Assembly (NCBI GenBank): GCA_043824495.1
Contig: JBDRSV010000024.1
Coordinates: 107,816-171,815, forward strand
Source: Candidatus Aenigmatarchaeota archaeon
GTDB taxonomy: Archaea; Aenigmatarchaeota; Aenigmatarchaeia; QMZP01
DNA length: 64,000 nucleotides
Direction: 5' to 3'
Part shown: piece by piece, positions 50,379 through 60,822 of the stretch
How positions within the stretch are numbered: the first letter of the stretch is position 1
Layout of the letters: each line of letters opens with the position of its first letter
Notes under the pieces: generated by a model
Told to the model about the DNA's origin: nothing
The model's database searches: none
Seen by the model: only the letters and a program-made list of their open reading frames with translations
Translations under genes and position numbers: made by a program

Positions 50379-51845
50379 TTATCCCTCCGTTGTGTTTGTC
50401 TCTGTTGTATTACCGTCATTTCCAGGTTCTTCGTCAGATGCGCAATCCGCTGGGCATGTGCCTTCGTATTCTGCTCCTAGACATGTAGGATCAGAGTCGC
50501 TACATCCGGTTTCTACGTTTGCTTCGCCTTCTTCACATACGCCATTGCCGCAGGTTGTTGTAATTGTTGAATTACCGTCTGTGTCAGTTTCATTGCCGTT
50601 GTTGTCTGTTCCGCCTGCACCATCGTTTATGTCATCCACTTCATCTTCTGTTGTATCACATTTGTCTGGATGTTCTACACAGAATTTCTCACAGACGTCT
50701 GCGCTTGGATGATCTTCACAGTAATCTTCTAATCTGTCTTCAACGATTCTGCATGCAGTTGGATGATCTTTACAGAATTCAGCACATCTTTCATTATCTG
50801 CGTTACCTACACAATACTTTGCAAGTACTTCTGTGACCTTCTTACAAACAACTGGGTGCTCTTTGCAGTATTCTGCACATTTGTCATTATCTGGGTTTTC
50901 TTTACAGAAGTTTACGAGTCTCTCTGTGAATTTTTTGCATGCAGATGTATGTTCTTTACAATAATCTATGCACTTTGCATCGTCTGCATTGTTTACACAA
51001 TACTCTGCTAGACTCTTTACTACATTCAAACACTTGTTAGGGTTGTCTTTACAGAATTCTAAACAGCTTTCATCTTCTGGTGCTTCTGAACAGAATCTTT
51101 CTATTTTATCTCTTACGTAATCACAAACATCCGCATTTGGATGCTCTTCACAGTAGTTTTCTGTTCTTTCTTTTTCTAGAAGTCTACACACTTTTTCCTC
51201 CGGATGATCTACACAGTATGTTTTGTATGCTTCTCTACATCTTGAATCATCCAGATTATCTCTGCAGTAGTTCCTGAATAATGTTTTACATCTTTCATCT
51301 TCAGAATTGTCTGTACAGAATTCACTGATTCTTTCCCTACAGTTTGCGTCTTCATTCTTGTCACAGTAATCTTTTACTTTCTCTGCAATTTCAGGAGCTT
51401 TTGCTACTCTTGTTCCTTGTAATATGTACATGTGGTATGTTGTCCCGTCTAATACAAGAGTACCTGCCCAAACTTCTTGAGTTCCTTTTAGAACTGAAGA
51501 AACATCTATTGTTCCCTTATCTACGTCATCTAAATAGATATCTGCTGTTGCATGCCCATCGGCTATAACAACGTTCTTCATGCTGTATTTAACATCGTCA
51601 AGGTATAGTACACCAACTGTTGCGTCTACAGTTTCTCCTAATAGGTCAACAGAAACAGTTGCTATGCCGGCCTTCACCATCATGAAGTCCATGGCGTCGC
51701 TTGGTGATGTTGCTATTCCTTGTCCGAGGAATCCCAAGAATTTGATTTTGTGGTCGCTTGAACTTGTCTCTACCTCAGCAAATACAGTTGAGATAAAGAA
51801 CAAGCTTACTACCAGTATAACCAAATACATGAAACTAGATTTCAT
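50379..51845 (-). CDS. Secreted protein with 15 (Y/F)C-x5-7-C repeats
   Basis: Signal peptide; YCDKNEDANC ... FCVEHPDKC repeats; C-terminal CGNGVC. Confidence 0.85.
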   Translation of the reverse strand: MKSSFMYLVILVVSLFFISTVFAEVETSSSDHKIKFLGFLGQGIATSPSDAMDFMMVKAGIATVSVDLLGETVDATVGVLYLDDVKYSMKNVVIADGHATADIYLDDVDKGTIDVSSVLKGTQEVWAGTLVLDGTTYHMYILQGTRVAKAPEIAEKVKDYCDKNEDANCRERISEFCTDNSEDERCKTLFRNYCRDNLDDSRCREAYKTYCVDHPEEKVCRLLEKERTENYCEEHPNADVCDYVRDKIERFCSEAPEDESCLEFCKDNPNKCLNVVKSLAEYCVNNADDAKCIDYCKEHTSACKKFTERLVNFCKENPDNDKCAEYCKEHPVVCKKVTEVLAKYCVGNADNERCAEFCKDHPTACRIVEDRLEDYCEDHPSADVCEKFCVEHPDKCDTTEDEVDDINDGAGGTDNNGNETDTDGNSTITTTCGNGVCEEGEANVETGCSDSDPTCLGAEYEGTCPADCASDEEPGNDGNTTETNTTEG

Positions 51846-51942
51846 GTATTATATTATTGTTAAGATGATATTTATGTATTCTTCCATTGTAATTGACCTA
51901 TTAAAACCAACATTTATATTACCAAAAAATTATTAATCATGC

Positions 51943-52806
51943 ATGGCTTTAGATTTCTTTCAAACGTATTTTGTTAATTCAATATTACAGAATGGTTGGT
52001 TTAATCCTATAAACACTATCGTGTACTCCATTCTCCTAATTATAGCAGTAGTTCTTGTATACAAACTACTAAAGAAAATGAACATCAAGATAGACAAATA
52101 CTTCTTTTATGCAATTGTTCCATTTGTTTTCTGGGCTTCATCTACACGTGTTTTACATGATGCTGCGCGTGCGGGTAGATTATTACCAGAACTCAACACG
52201 TTTTATAGCTCTTTAGTATTCCCAACACCAGGAAGCTATTTCATAACATTTGCATTTGCTTTCGTAACATTGCTAGTAGGTCTAGGTCTACAAAAAACAA
52301 TTAAGACAGCCTACTGGAAAGTCATGTTTGTAGTAGGTACTGGAGCCACGCTATTAAATCTTTTCTGGCTTCCATATGACAATCTATACGGAGCAGGATT
52401 AATACTCGGCTTAACAGCTGTATGGATAGTGATATTCTTCTTAGCTTCCAAATCATTCCAATTTTCTAGCTTGAAGAAATTTGTAGAAAAACATAACATA
52501 GCAAATCTATTCAGTAAAGAGAATCAAGGTATATTAGCAGCTCATATGCTTGATGCATCTGCAACATTCATATCCATAGCATATTTCGGTTATTTCGAAC
52601 AACATGTTTTACCACGCGCAATTTTCCCATTCTTAGGACCAGGATCAATGTTCCTTCTAAAGCTGGTGGTATTAATCCCAGTTCTCTGGATAATAGACAA
52701 TTACGCAGAAAAAGATGAATTCAGAACTCTACTAAAGATAGTAGTCTTAATACTTGGCCTTGCACCAGGACTGAGAGATGTAATTAGATTAGGTGCTGGA
52801 GTTTAA
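51943..52806 (+). CDS. DUF63 family membrane protein
   Basis: YNPINT-like start (FNPINTIVY); AHMLDASATF; EQHVL; ILGLAPGLRD. Confidence 0.85.
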   Translation: MALDFFQTYFVNSILQNGWFNPINTIVYSILLIIAVVLVYKLLKKMNIKIDKYFFYAIVPFVFWASSTRVLHDAARAGRLLPELNTFYSSLVFPTPGSYFITFAFAFVTLLVGLGLQKTIKTAYWKVMFVVGTGATLLNLFWLPYDNLYGAGLILGLTAVWIVIFFLASKSFQFSSLKKFVEKHNIANLFSKENQGILAAHMLDASATFISIAYFGYFEQHVLPRAIFPFLGPGSMFLLKLVVLIPVLWIIDNYAEKDEFRTLLKIVVLILGLAPGLRDVIRLGAGV

Positions 52807-55800
52807 ACTGCTACTTGCCAATCAAATGCTTGATCATACCACTTATTTGATCCTTCTAGAGGCCAGTTAAACATTTTCACATCAAGATGCGCTGTTGGAC
52901 TACCGCTCTGAGTTGTAGTTCCTCTAACTGAACCCATTATTGTTCCTGTGCCCACGTAACTACCTACCTTTATGAATGGGTGAACATTTATGTGGCCATA
53001 TGATGTAACGAATCTCTTACCAAACAAGTTACTTTCTACCCACACAGCCTTACCACCATAGTCATCCCATGATTTAATGTCAACAACTCTTCCAGAATAA
53101 AGTGCTGGTATTTCCTTATCTCCTATTTGAGCAGGTGGGCTAGTTGCAAAATCATAACCTTTGTGTGTTTCTTGTAGGGTCCCTGATCTAGCTGCATCAT
53201 ATCCATCTGTTATCACTATAGTATTCAATCCAGTTGAATGTGCTAACAAATCATTTCTGAACATTTCCGGGGTCCATATATTATTAACAGATCTCATGCC
53301 TCTGTAGAAATCATAATAATCCATCACTTTAGATACGAATGTTCTAGTTTCTGATGGTATTGAAGAACAGTCTTTTACAGAAGACCATGAAGATGCTTGA
53401 CAAGTAACCAAAGCTGTAGTAAATGCTTGAGGTCCCATATTCCATGCAGCTAAAACACTCTCTGTGTCTGCATAAGGTCCTCTATTATCTAAGTAAGAGA
53501 AATAACATGACCCAGCTTTTATGTTCTTTTCTGGATCGAAAATTGTACTGCTATCGAAACTGATATCTGCTGATGTAATTTCATGTCCTAAATCTCTACA
53601 ATAATCATGACTAGGCCTTCCTTCTTCTGTTATGTCTTGTATAGTAATTGATCTGAGTTGCATCATTCCTTTTGCAGATGCACCTGAAGTTTCACCTTTT
53701 TGCCAATTACTTTCTTGTGTTATAATTGCTTTCAATATATCTTGGTTGACACTATACGCATTCGAGGCACTTGTTATATAAGGAGCATAATCACCAAACA
53801 TGACTTCGTCTGGTTCATTAACAGTTGCTGTTATATCTTCTCCACCACAGTTTCCACTTGTTTTTTGTCCTGAATTAATACAATTGTTTGGACATAAACA
53901 TTCTTCAGTTACAAATGAATCACATGTAAATTGGTCTACTACATCATTACATAGTGGTGTTGTAGGTCCATACGAATCACATAAAATACCACCAAATTCT
54001 ACTTTGGTGCTTGATACCTCAGATCTCTCGAAAATATAAGATGCATCAGCTTGTATAAGGAATGTTTCAGCTGAAGAAGTCATATCTTCTCTTTGGGAGA
54101 ATAAACAGAATATGAGGTATTGATCTTTTAAGTTGTCCCACCTGTAAGTTCTAACACCATCTACAGCATCTATGGCATAAGATTTTTCATCATTAGTGTC
54201 TACACCTTTTGGTAGGAAGTTACATTGATATGGTGTCCCCATTTTTTCAGGAACTTTTAATGTTATCTTAGCAGATTTTATTTTAGCATTCTTTTGTGTT
54301 TGATCTGGAAGAAGATCAAATTGTATGTGATATCTAGTACCTTCTCTTATTGGTTGTTCTAATGTGTCTATCCTAAGCATAGCAGGAGAGTTAGAAAGTT
54401 TAGATTGTTTCTTTGAAAATGTAATAAGACTTCCTTGTGAAACTCTTCTATCCCATTCATCTCTACTCATAAATTCAATTTCCAAACTTGAATTTATACT
54501 GTAACCATAATCTATTATTGTATTTAATGGAAGGAACTTCTCTCTTAATCCAGCTTTCTCCGCAGTTTCACAAGATATTCCTGTACTCTCAAAGAATAAT
54601 TGGCGCGTGTCCAATTTAGCTAAATCACCACCATCTCCTTCTATACATATCGTTGTATCTTTGAAACCTAGATCATCTATTGTCAAGTCATTCTGCGACA
54701 AACCGGGTATGCTTACTCCACCTCTTGTGCCATATATATTCCTATAAGACATATTGAACGATAGAGCTACGCATACGTCTCGCGCCTCAAACGCGCCTTT
54801 GTTTTTAATTCTTACTATCGCACTATACGGTTGGGCTACAAATATAGGAGTTGTCTTAAATTCTTCTATTTCCACACCGAAAGCTCCCGCTAATCCTGTT
54901 GTCGGATCTGTAGTATAACTTCCGTTAACCATGCCCTGCGCATAGCCAACCGGATTGCTTATCATATATAATCCTGTTCCTATACTTGCGCTCAACTGAG
55001 TAAACATCGTCGTAATCGGCTGCACTGTGGATTCAAATCCCGTGTAAACTGTAGGCCACCACGGACCTAAGAAGGCTGTACCAACTTCATTCGTACCAGG
55101 TCCTAGTGCAAACAGTATAACCGCCGCACCAAGCATGATAAATCCTGTAGTTGGTCGCGCCTGCGCGGGTGAAAAGAATCCTGCAACAGATGAAATTATC
55201 CAGAAATACAAAAACACTGAAGCTAGAGTGCCTTGAAGCTCCCATCCTGCTGTAGGAGCAATAGCGCTCCATCCAAATACCCCACCAAGGGCACCAGATA
55301 TTACCAGCACGATAATCATTATTATAAAGAATAATCCTTTATCTATCAATTGTCCTATGCCTCTAATTTCTTCTGTTTCTCCTGTTTCTTTTGACGGTTT
55401 AGGCGGTATTGCAAAGAATGCCACTGCAATCAGACCTAATAACATAGATTCAAATATACTGAAGAATATCCATGGTATAAGTAAGAATCCAAGAACACCA
55501 AATCTTAGAACAGACTCTACATATTCTGAACCAACTTCAGGGTCATAAGTTAATTTGAGTGAGAAGTATCCCACGAAAGCTGTAATAATCAATCCTATAT
55601 TTGCGAATGGGAAAGTGCTCGCCATGAAACCCAGTGCAAAACATGTTAGGGCTCCGATTTTCAGAATGCTTCTAGTAAAGCCCCATCCCAAGTGTTTGTC
55701 ATTAAATATTTTCTTGAAGATATATCTATCCCCTGAGTTTATGTTGATATTCACATTCTTAGGTGGCTTAAATTCTGATGCTGATGGAATAACAAAAAAT

Positions 55801-57365
55801 ACACCAAGCGTAGCAAAAGCTAGCCAGAACCAGAAACTTCCAAGAGTGTAAGAAGCAATGAAACCAAGTACAACCAGTGCAAATAATGGGAACACTTTCA
55901 TTATTCTGTTCCCTGCTTTACCTTCGATTCCACCCAATATCTTTTTGGATCGTGTAATATGTTTTTCCCTTGACCATTCTTGTCTTCTGTCTATCATAGC
56001 ATCGCCAAGTTCTGCCTTCTCTGCAGAGGAATTGAGGAATTTTTCCTTAGTTTTTTTTCTATCCTTGACAAGGAAACGCTCCAGTCTTTTTCTTTCCGTT
56101 ACGCTGAGGTCCTTAAGATTTTTGGTTTCAAGTAACGCCTTTCCATCTGCATCTCTGGCTATTGTTCCATCAGGATTCTTTATCCTTTTACTGAAGTATT
56201 TCTTCAAAGCCATATTCGTGCTTTTTTCCATAGAGTGGAAATATTTGTCCTGTCCTTCTTTGTAAAGTTTATACTCGTAAGGAGTTAGAGAAACAAACTT
56301 ACCTTCGTTCTTACACCAGAAAACAAATTTTATTGCCTGGCCTTTTTTGTTTTTGATTTCCTGAACAAGTTTAAGTACGGATTTTGCACAATTTGGGCAC
56401 CAAATGCGATCCTCAGTGATAACTGGTACAGGTTCCGGAGTAGGCGAAGGTGTTGGCGTTGGTTTGTATTCTATATCGAAAACAATATCAATTTCTGTCT
56501 TTTCTCCAGGCTTTATTTCAAAACTCCCGTCCTTTCTTTCACCTGAGTAGACAGCATAATAATTATATTTACCCGGCCTGCATTCGAGATCCATTATCGG
56601 TGTTACAAGCCTGTCTCTGGTCAAACGAGAGCACCAGAAACTTGCGCTTATTTCATTTCCGCCTTCTTTGTCTGCCCATGCTCTTACATACAAATATCCA
56701 GATTCGTGGTATTCCAGAAGTTTGGGGGGAATTGCTGGAAGTGTGTCTGATGTGGGTTTTTTATAATCAATTTGTTTTACACCAGGAACAAATGTTCTAC
56801 TACTGTTGCCCATTTCTTTGTACCAAACATCAAAAAATCCATCATTCCCGTTTTCTATATCTTGGCTAGTAAGTCCGTTTCTGAGTAGAAGTTTTGCGGA
56901 TTCTCCTCTCTTATCTTGAAAAAATAATTCTCGAGCTTCTAATATGATATGATTTAGAAGTTTAGGTGAAATTGCTGGAAGTGTGTCGGATGTGGGTTTT
57001 TTATATTCAATTTCTTTTATACCAGGAACAAATGTTTTGGGATTTATCTTTTCTACATATATATTCAGTTCCTTTTCCCAGTACTTGAAAAGTCTATCTA
57101 TTTGATGATCATCGTATCCACGTTTACCTTTTCTATTGTACCCTATGGTTTTCAGAAATTCCCTTGCTTTTTTCCTAAATCTTCCTTTACCGAATCCTCT
57201 CCAGAAAAGTCTTTTGGCATGCTCAAATCCAACTTCGTCTACTATTGGTATAAGACCGTGATTGTGACAATATAATATTGTTGGAGTCTCCTGATTAGGA
57301 AAAAACTCTTTACAATTTTCATTACAATAAGGACAGCGTTCTATATACTTAACCAAGATTATCAC
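52803..57365 (-). CDS. Giant membrane protein with C-terminal SLT (GH23-like) and M23 peptidase domains
   Basis: About nine TM helices; AIITQESNW...GMMQL...LAAWNMGP; HKGYDF...YGHI...AHLD. Confidence 0.85.
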   Translation of the reverse strand: MIILVKYIERCPYCNENCKEFFPNQETPTILYCHNHGLIPIVDEVGFEHAKRLFWRGFGKGRFRKKAREFLKTIGYNRKGKRGYDDHQIDRLFKYWEKELNIYVEKINPKTFVPGIKEIEYKKPTSDTLPAISPKLLNHIILEARELFFQDKRGESAKLLLRNGLTSQDIENGNDGFFDVWYKEMGNSSRTFVPGVKQIDYKKPTSDTLPAIPPKLLEYHESGYLYVRAWADKEGGNEISASFWCSRLTRDRLVTPIMDLECRPGKYNYYAVYSGERKDGSFEIKPGEKTEIDIVFDIEYKPTPTPSPTPEPVPVITEDRIWCPNCAKSVLKLVQEIKNKKGQAIKFVFWCKNEGKFVSLTPYEYKLYKEGQDKYFHSMEKSTNMALKKYFSKRIKNPDGTIARDADGKALLETKNLKDLSVTERKRLERFLVKDRKKTKEKFLNSSAEKAELGDAMIDRRQEWSREKHITRSKKILGGIEGKAGNRIMKVFPLFALVVLGFIASYTLGSFWFWLAFATLGVFFVIPSASEFKPPKNVNININSGDRYIFKKIFNDKHLGWGFTRSILKIGALTCFALGFMASTFPFANIGLIITAFVGYFSLKLTYDPEVGSEYVESVLRFGVLGFLLIPWIFFSIFESMLLGLIAVAFFAIPPKPSKETGETEEIRGIGQLIDKGLFFIIMIIVLVISGALGGVFGWSAIAPTAGWELQGTLASVFLYFWIISSVAGFFSPAQARPTTGFIMLGAAVILFALGPGTNEVGTAFLGPWWPTVYTGFESTVQPITTMFTQLSASIGTGLYMISNPVGYAQGMVNGSYTTDPTTGLAGAFGVEIEEFKTTPIFVAQPYSAIVRIKNKGAFEARDVCVALSFNMSYRNIYGTRGGVSIPGLSQNDLTIDDLGFKDTTICIEGDGGDLAKLDTRQLFFESTGISCETAEKAGLREKFLPLNTIIDYGYSINSSLEIEFMSRDEWDRRVSQGSLITFSKKQSKLSNSPAMLRIDTLEQPIREGTRYHIQFDLLPDQTQKNAKIKSAKITLKVPEKMGTPYQCNFLPKGVDTNDEKSYAIDAVDGVRTYRWDNLKDQYLIFCLFSQREDMTSSAETFLIQADASYIFERSEVSSTKVEFGGILCDSYGPTTPLCNDVVDQFTCDSFVTEECLCPNNCINSGQKTSGNCGGEDITATVNEPDEVMFGDYAPYITSASNAYSVNQDILKAIITQESNWQKGETSGASAKGMMQLRSITIQDITEEGRPSHDYCRDLGHEITSADISFDSSTIFDPEKNIKAGSCYFSYLDNRGPYADTESVLAAWNMGPQAFTTALVTCQASSWSSVKDCSSIPSETRTFVSKVMDYYDFYRGMRSVNNIWTPEMFRNDLLAHSTGLNTIVITDGYDAARSGTLQETHKGYDFATSPPAQIGDKEIPALYSGRVVDIKSWDDYGGKAVWVESNLFGKRFVTSYGHINVHPFIKVGSYVGTGTIMGSVRGTTTQSGSPTAHLDVKMFNWPLEGSNKWYDQAFDWQVAV
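56716..57036 (-). repeat. Internal direct repeat in the giant gene (81 bp x2, 240 bp apart)
   Basis: TFVPG(I/V)K(E/Q)I(E/D)YKKPTSDTLPAI(S/P)PKLL occurs twice (56716-56796; 56956-57036). Confidence 0.9.
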
Positions 57366-57413
57366 TCAATAAATAATTAGTTATCAACGTATAAATCTCT
57401 ATTAGAAAATAGC

Positions 57414-58541
57414 TTATTTTACTAGCTCAATCTTGACGTCTTCTATGTCCCAATTACCGGCACCTGAGAAGATGATTTGATTTTCACCTGCAGTTACTTG
57501 ATCTGCAGTGAAATCTACTGTGTTCCAGCCTTGGTCTGGGTGTTCTGTTGTCAATGTGTGTCCATTCTGCTTTATTGTGAGTAAACCGTCTCTCACAATC
57601 ACATTTACGTAGTACTTTACCTGAGCCTTCATTTGTCCATTTTCAATTAATTTGTATTTTTCTTCAGGCATATCGTATGATCTTGTTCTCACAACCTCAT
57701 TAGAAAGTAAGAATATCTTAAGTTCTGTCTCTTCTAGAGTAACTACACCGTCTCCTACAACTTCGAAAGATATTATGTTTTTTCCTGTTTTAAGAGGAAC
57801 GTCCCCAAATTGTAGTTCAGCTGTATCAAATCCTCTTGGAGTGTCAGTGTATATTTCTAATCCATTCACTTTTATTCTAAGTGTGGATCCACCTAGAGCA
57901 AAGAAGCTGATTTCAGCTTTACTGAATGTTTGTAATTCGCTTCCAAGTAAGTCGAATGAAACAATCTTTGCTGGTCCGTATTCTATTCCAACATCCATGT
58001 TTCTGATATTATAAGCATTGCTTGCCCAGAAGAATAAACCGGGTCCATCTGCATATATTTCCACATCATTTGATGCTCTTACAAAGTCCTTGTCTATCGT
58101 AACATCATATGTGTTTATTCCTGCTTTTCTACCAAAGAAATCCTTTCCGTTCCATTTGATGTGCAAATCACCGAGAACATTTGTATCTACAATCTCGAAT
58201 TTGATTCTAGCGCCTCTTCTAGACTCCATTAACCATTCAGGCACATTAATTGTGAATTCTTCTGTTGTTTCTCCAATATATCCATTTCTTATATCTGATC
58301 TGAATATTGATTTGATATTCTCTAATTGGGGCTCTCCAACACGCATGTATCCCAGAGATTCTGTTCTAGTAGCTGATTCTGTTACAAAACCAACTGTTCC
58401 TAGACTAAAATTAGCTATAACAGTCTCATTCTCAGGAACTACAACTGGTCCCAGAAATGGTGTTATTAAAAACATACCTATGAGTAAGATTATCGCTACA
58501 ATAAGCAAAATCATGAAGTCTTCGACGCCCTTTCTCATCAT
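57414..58541 (-). CDS. Membrane-anchored beta-rich (Ig/jelly-roll-like) protein
   Basis: N-terminal TM or class III-like signal; repeated beta domains. Confidence 0.75.
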   Translation of the reverse strand: MMRKGVEDFMILLIVAIILLIGMFLITPFLGPVVVPENETVIANFSLGTVGFVTESATRTESLGYMRVGEPQLENIKSIFRSDIRNGYIGETTEEFTINVPEWLMESRRGARIKFEIVDTNVLGDLHIKWNGKDFFGRKAGINTYDVTIDKDFVRASNDVEIYADGPGLFFWASNAYNIRNMDVGIEYGPAKIVSFDLLGSELQTFSKAEISFFALGGSTLRIKVNGLEIYTDTPRGFDTAELQFGDVPLKTGKNIISFEVVGDGVVTLEETELKIFLLSNEVVRTRSYDMPEEKYKLIENGQMKAQVKYYVNVIVRDGLLTIKQNGHTLTTEHPDQGWNTVDFTADQVTAGENQIIFSGAGNWDIEDVKIELVK

Positions 58542-58591
58542 ATTAATCTTGTTAAATTAAATATATAAGTATAAAAACAGGGAGATCAAGC

Positions 58592-59608
58592 ATGAGAATC
58601 ATATTCCAGGACCAAAAAGAAGGTGTGATTAAATTAGCTGCAGATTCTTTGGATGATCTATGGCATCTAAGTCACATACTCGAACCAGGAGATTTGGTTA
58701 CTGCTAGGACTCTAAGAAAAACAGCAATTAAACGCGGAACAGAGATAGAATTAGGAGAAAAAAGACCTATCACATTGACAATTAGAGTGGATAGAACGGA
58801 TTTCCATATGTATACACACAAGCTTAGAATAACAGGAAAAATTGTCTCAGGACCTGAAAATATACAAATCTCTTCTTTTCACACAATAGATGCAGATCCA
58901 GGAATAACACTAAAGATACAGAAAAAATGGAAAACGTATCAGCTAGAAAGACTCAAAAAGGCTAGAATAAAGAAACCATTCTTATTCATGTGTTTAATCG
59001 ATAGAGAGCAGGCTGATTTTGCAAGTATGAAAGAATCAGGATTGCAATGGTTAGGTTCAATTAACTTCAAGAAAATAAAAGGTAAAGAAGATAATAGGGA
59101 TGATTATTACAGAAAAGTGATGGAGAAATTAGAAAGCGAAGAAGAATATCAACATATAATAGTTGCGGGTCCAGGATTCGAAAAGGACAATGTTCTAAAA
59201 TTCATAAAAGAAGAAAATCCAGAATTGGCGGCCAAAATAAAAACAGAATATATTTCTTATATAGGAAAGAATGGAGCTCAAGAATTAATGAAAACTTCTA
59301 TTAATAGGATACTCAAGGATAGTAGAGTTACTGAAGAGACTTTGGTTGTAGAAGAATTACTTAAGAGAATAAAACAAGAAAAGCTAGTTGCATACAACAA
59401 ACTTGATGTAGAAAGAGCTATAGAAATGGGTGCAATAGAAACTTTGATTGTTTCACAAGAAAAACTAAAAGAGCTAGATGAACTTATGGAGAAAGCAGAG
59501 AAAGTCGCATCTCGAATTATAATTGTTTCATCTGATCATGAGAGCGGAGAAAAGTTCCTTGGTATCGGAGGAATTGGTGCTCTCTTGAGATATGAAATGA
59601 GAAGTTAG
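58592..59608 (+). CDS. pelA: Pelota (Dom34) mRNA surveillance protein
   Basis: DDLWHLSHILEPGD; AGPGF; GIGGIGALLRY. Confidence 0.95.
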   Translation: MRIIFQDQKEGVIKLAADSLDDLWHLSHILEPGDLVTARTLRKTAIKRGTEIELGEKRPITLTIRVDRTDFHMYTHKLRITGKIVSGPENIQISSFHTIDADPGITLKIQKKWKTYQLERLKKARIKKPFLFMCLIDREQADFASMKESGLQWLGSINFKKIKGKEDNRDDYYRKVMEKLESEEEYQHIIVAGPGFEKDNVLKFIKEENPELAAKIKTEYISYIGKNGAQELMKTSINRILKDSRVTEETLVVEELLKRIKQEKLVAYNKLDVERAIEMGAIETLIVSQEKLKELDELMEKAEKVASRIIIVSSDHESGEKFLGIGGIGALLRYEMRS

Positions 59609-59988
59609 TAGGTCTCAATTTTTAACTCTGGTATTTTTCTGAAATGTTTCACATTTCTTGCTAATATGGTTTCATTATTTTTCAATACAATTCCAGCAAT
59701 CATGCTATCCTCAGGTTCTATCATATCTCCTTTTTTTACAAGTTCTCTTTGGATATCACCTGCCAGTAATGCACTTTCAAGATCGAAAGATAGGATGCCT
59801 AATGAAGTCAAGAGATTTCGTATATTCCCCTTTTCACTTCCCGATTCTTTTAGTCCTTGCCATAACTCAAAAACAGAAACGGTAGTTGTTAAAGCAGGCT
59901 CAAACATTTTATCGAGTTCTTTGGCTTTTTCCACTGCTTCTTTATTGTTCCTCAGAAGATCTATGATAAAAGACGTATCAAGAATCAT
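59605..59988 (-). CDS. vapC: VapC PIN-domain toxin
   Basis: ILDTSFIID; EDSMIAGIVL; RNVKHF. Confidence 0.92.
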   Translation of the reverse strand: MILDTSFIIDLLRNNKEAVEKAKELDKMFEPALTTTVSVFELWQGLKESGSEKGNIRNLLTSLGILSFDLESALLAGDIQRELVKKGDMIEPEDSMIAGIVLKNNETILARNVKHFRKIPELKIETY

Positions 59989-60218
59989 GCCAGTTCCTCT
60001 TTAACTCTCTTTGTACGTAACTTACTAGACGATCTAATTTTCTTTATAGATGACTCAAGTTCCGTAGCTTCTTTTTCGGTTAAAATACCAGCAAAATCAG
60101 AAAGCTTCACCTTTCCCGCCATCCTGTTAATCACATCAGTAAAACTTTCCTTTTTACTCTTTAGAGACTTTAGTCTATCGTAGGCTTCTTTTGAAATGGA
60201 AATTGTTTTCGTTGACAT
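59985..60218 (-). CDS. vapB: VapB-type antitoxin (DUF217-like)
   Basis: MSTKTISISKEAYDRLKSLK...ESFTDVINRM; start revised from the ORF track. Confidence 0.85.
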   Translation of the reverse strand: MSTKTISISKEAYDRLKSLKSKKESFTDVINRMAGKVKLSDFAGILTEKEATELESSIKKIRSSSKLRTKRVKEELA

Positions 60219-60754
60219 ACATATATATGTGTATGTACTACTTATAAAGTTTTCGTGTTTAGGAGGAATTGGAGCTCTCCTGATATATGAGATGAGATGA
60301 TGCTGTTCTCCCAATAGTAAAGTATTTAAGCCCAAAAAGGATATATTTCTATATATGTCACCATTTGTAAGTGACAACTATTATAATCATCAAGTAACAA
60401 ATATCACCATTTCATGTTCCCCTTAAAACAAAAAGAAAATTCACAGAATTCAGTAAGAATTTACTAGATTCGAAGACTTCCATGAGTTTGCACAAGCATT
60501 CAGCCTTTCAAGACACACAAGAAAATTCTGCAAAATCGCAGAAATTTAGTCGTTTGGAAGGATCTGACAAGCATAGTGTAAGCTCTCTTGATAGCGATTT
60601 CTGAGAGTGAATTTTCTGATCAATATATGTCTTTTAACCCGACTTTTCTCTGTCTGGCGTGACTTTCGCTAAACAAAACAAAAACCCCAACTTGACTGTC
60701 TCAACGGAGGTGAAACAAAAAAGACAGTTGACAAATCACAGAAGTTTATCATCT

Positions 60755-60782
60755 AACCAGTCAAGTTCTTGGTTTTGTATGC
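60755..60782 (+). repeat. Direct repeat, left copy
   Basis: AACCAGTCAAGTTCTTGGTTTTGTATGC. Confidence 0.9.
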
Positions 60783-60822
60783 TTACAGAATCGAGGCTTG
60801 ACTCACAAAGAAGGAGGACGTC

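Noticed and set aside
60411-60430. CCCCTTAAAAC (and TTAAAGG near 42431) as inverted partner ends of the edge motif
   Set aside because: The match is only 7-8 bp in AT-rich DNA, with no TSD.
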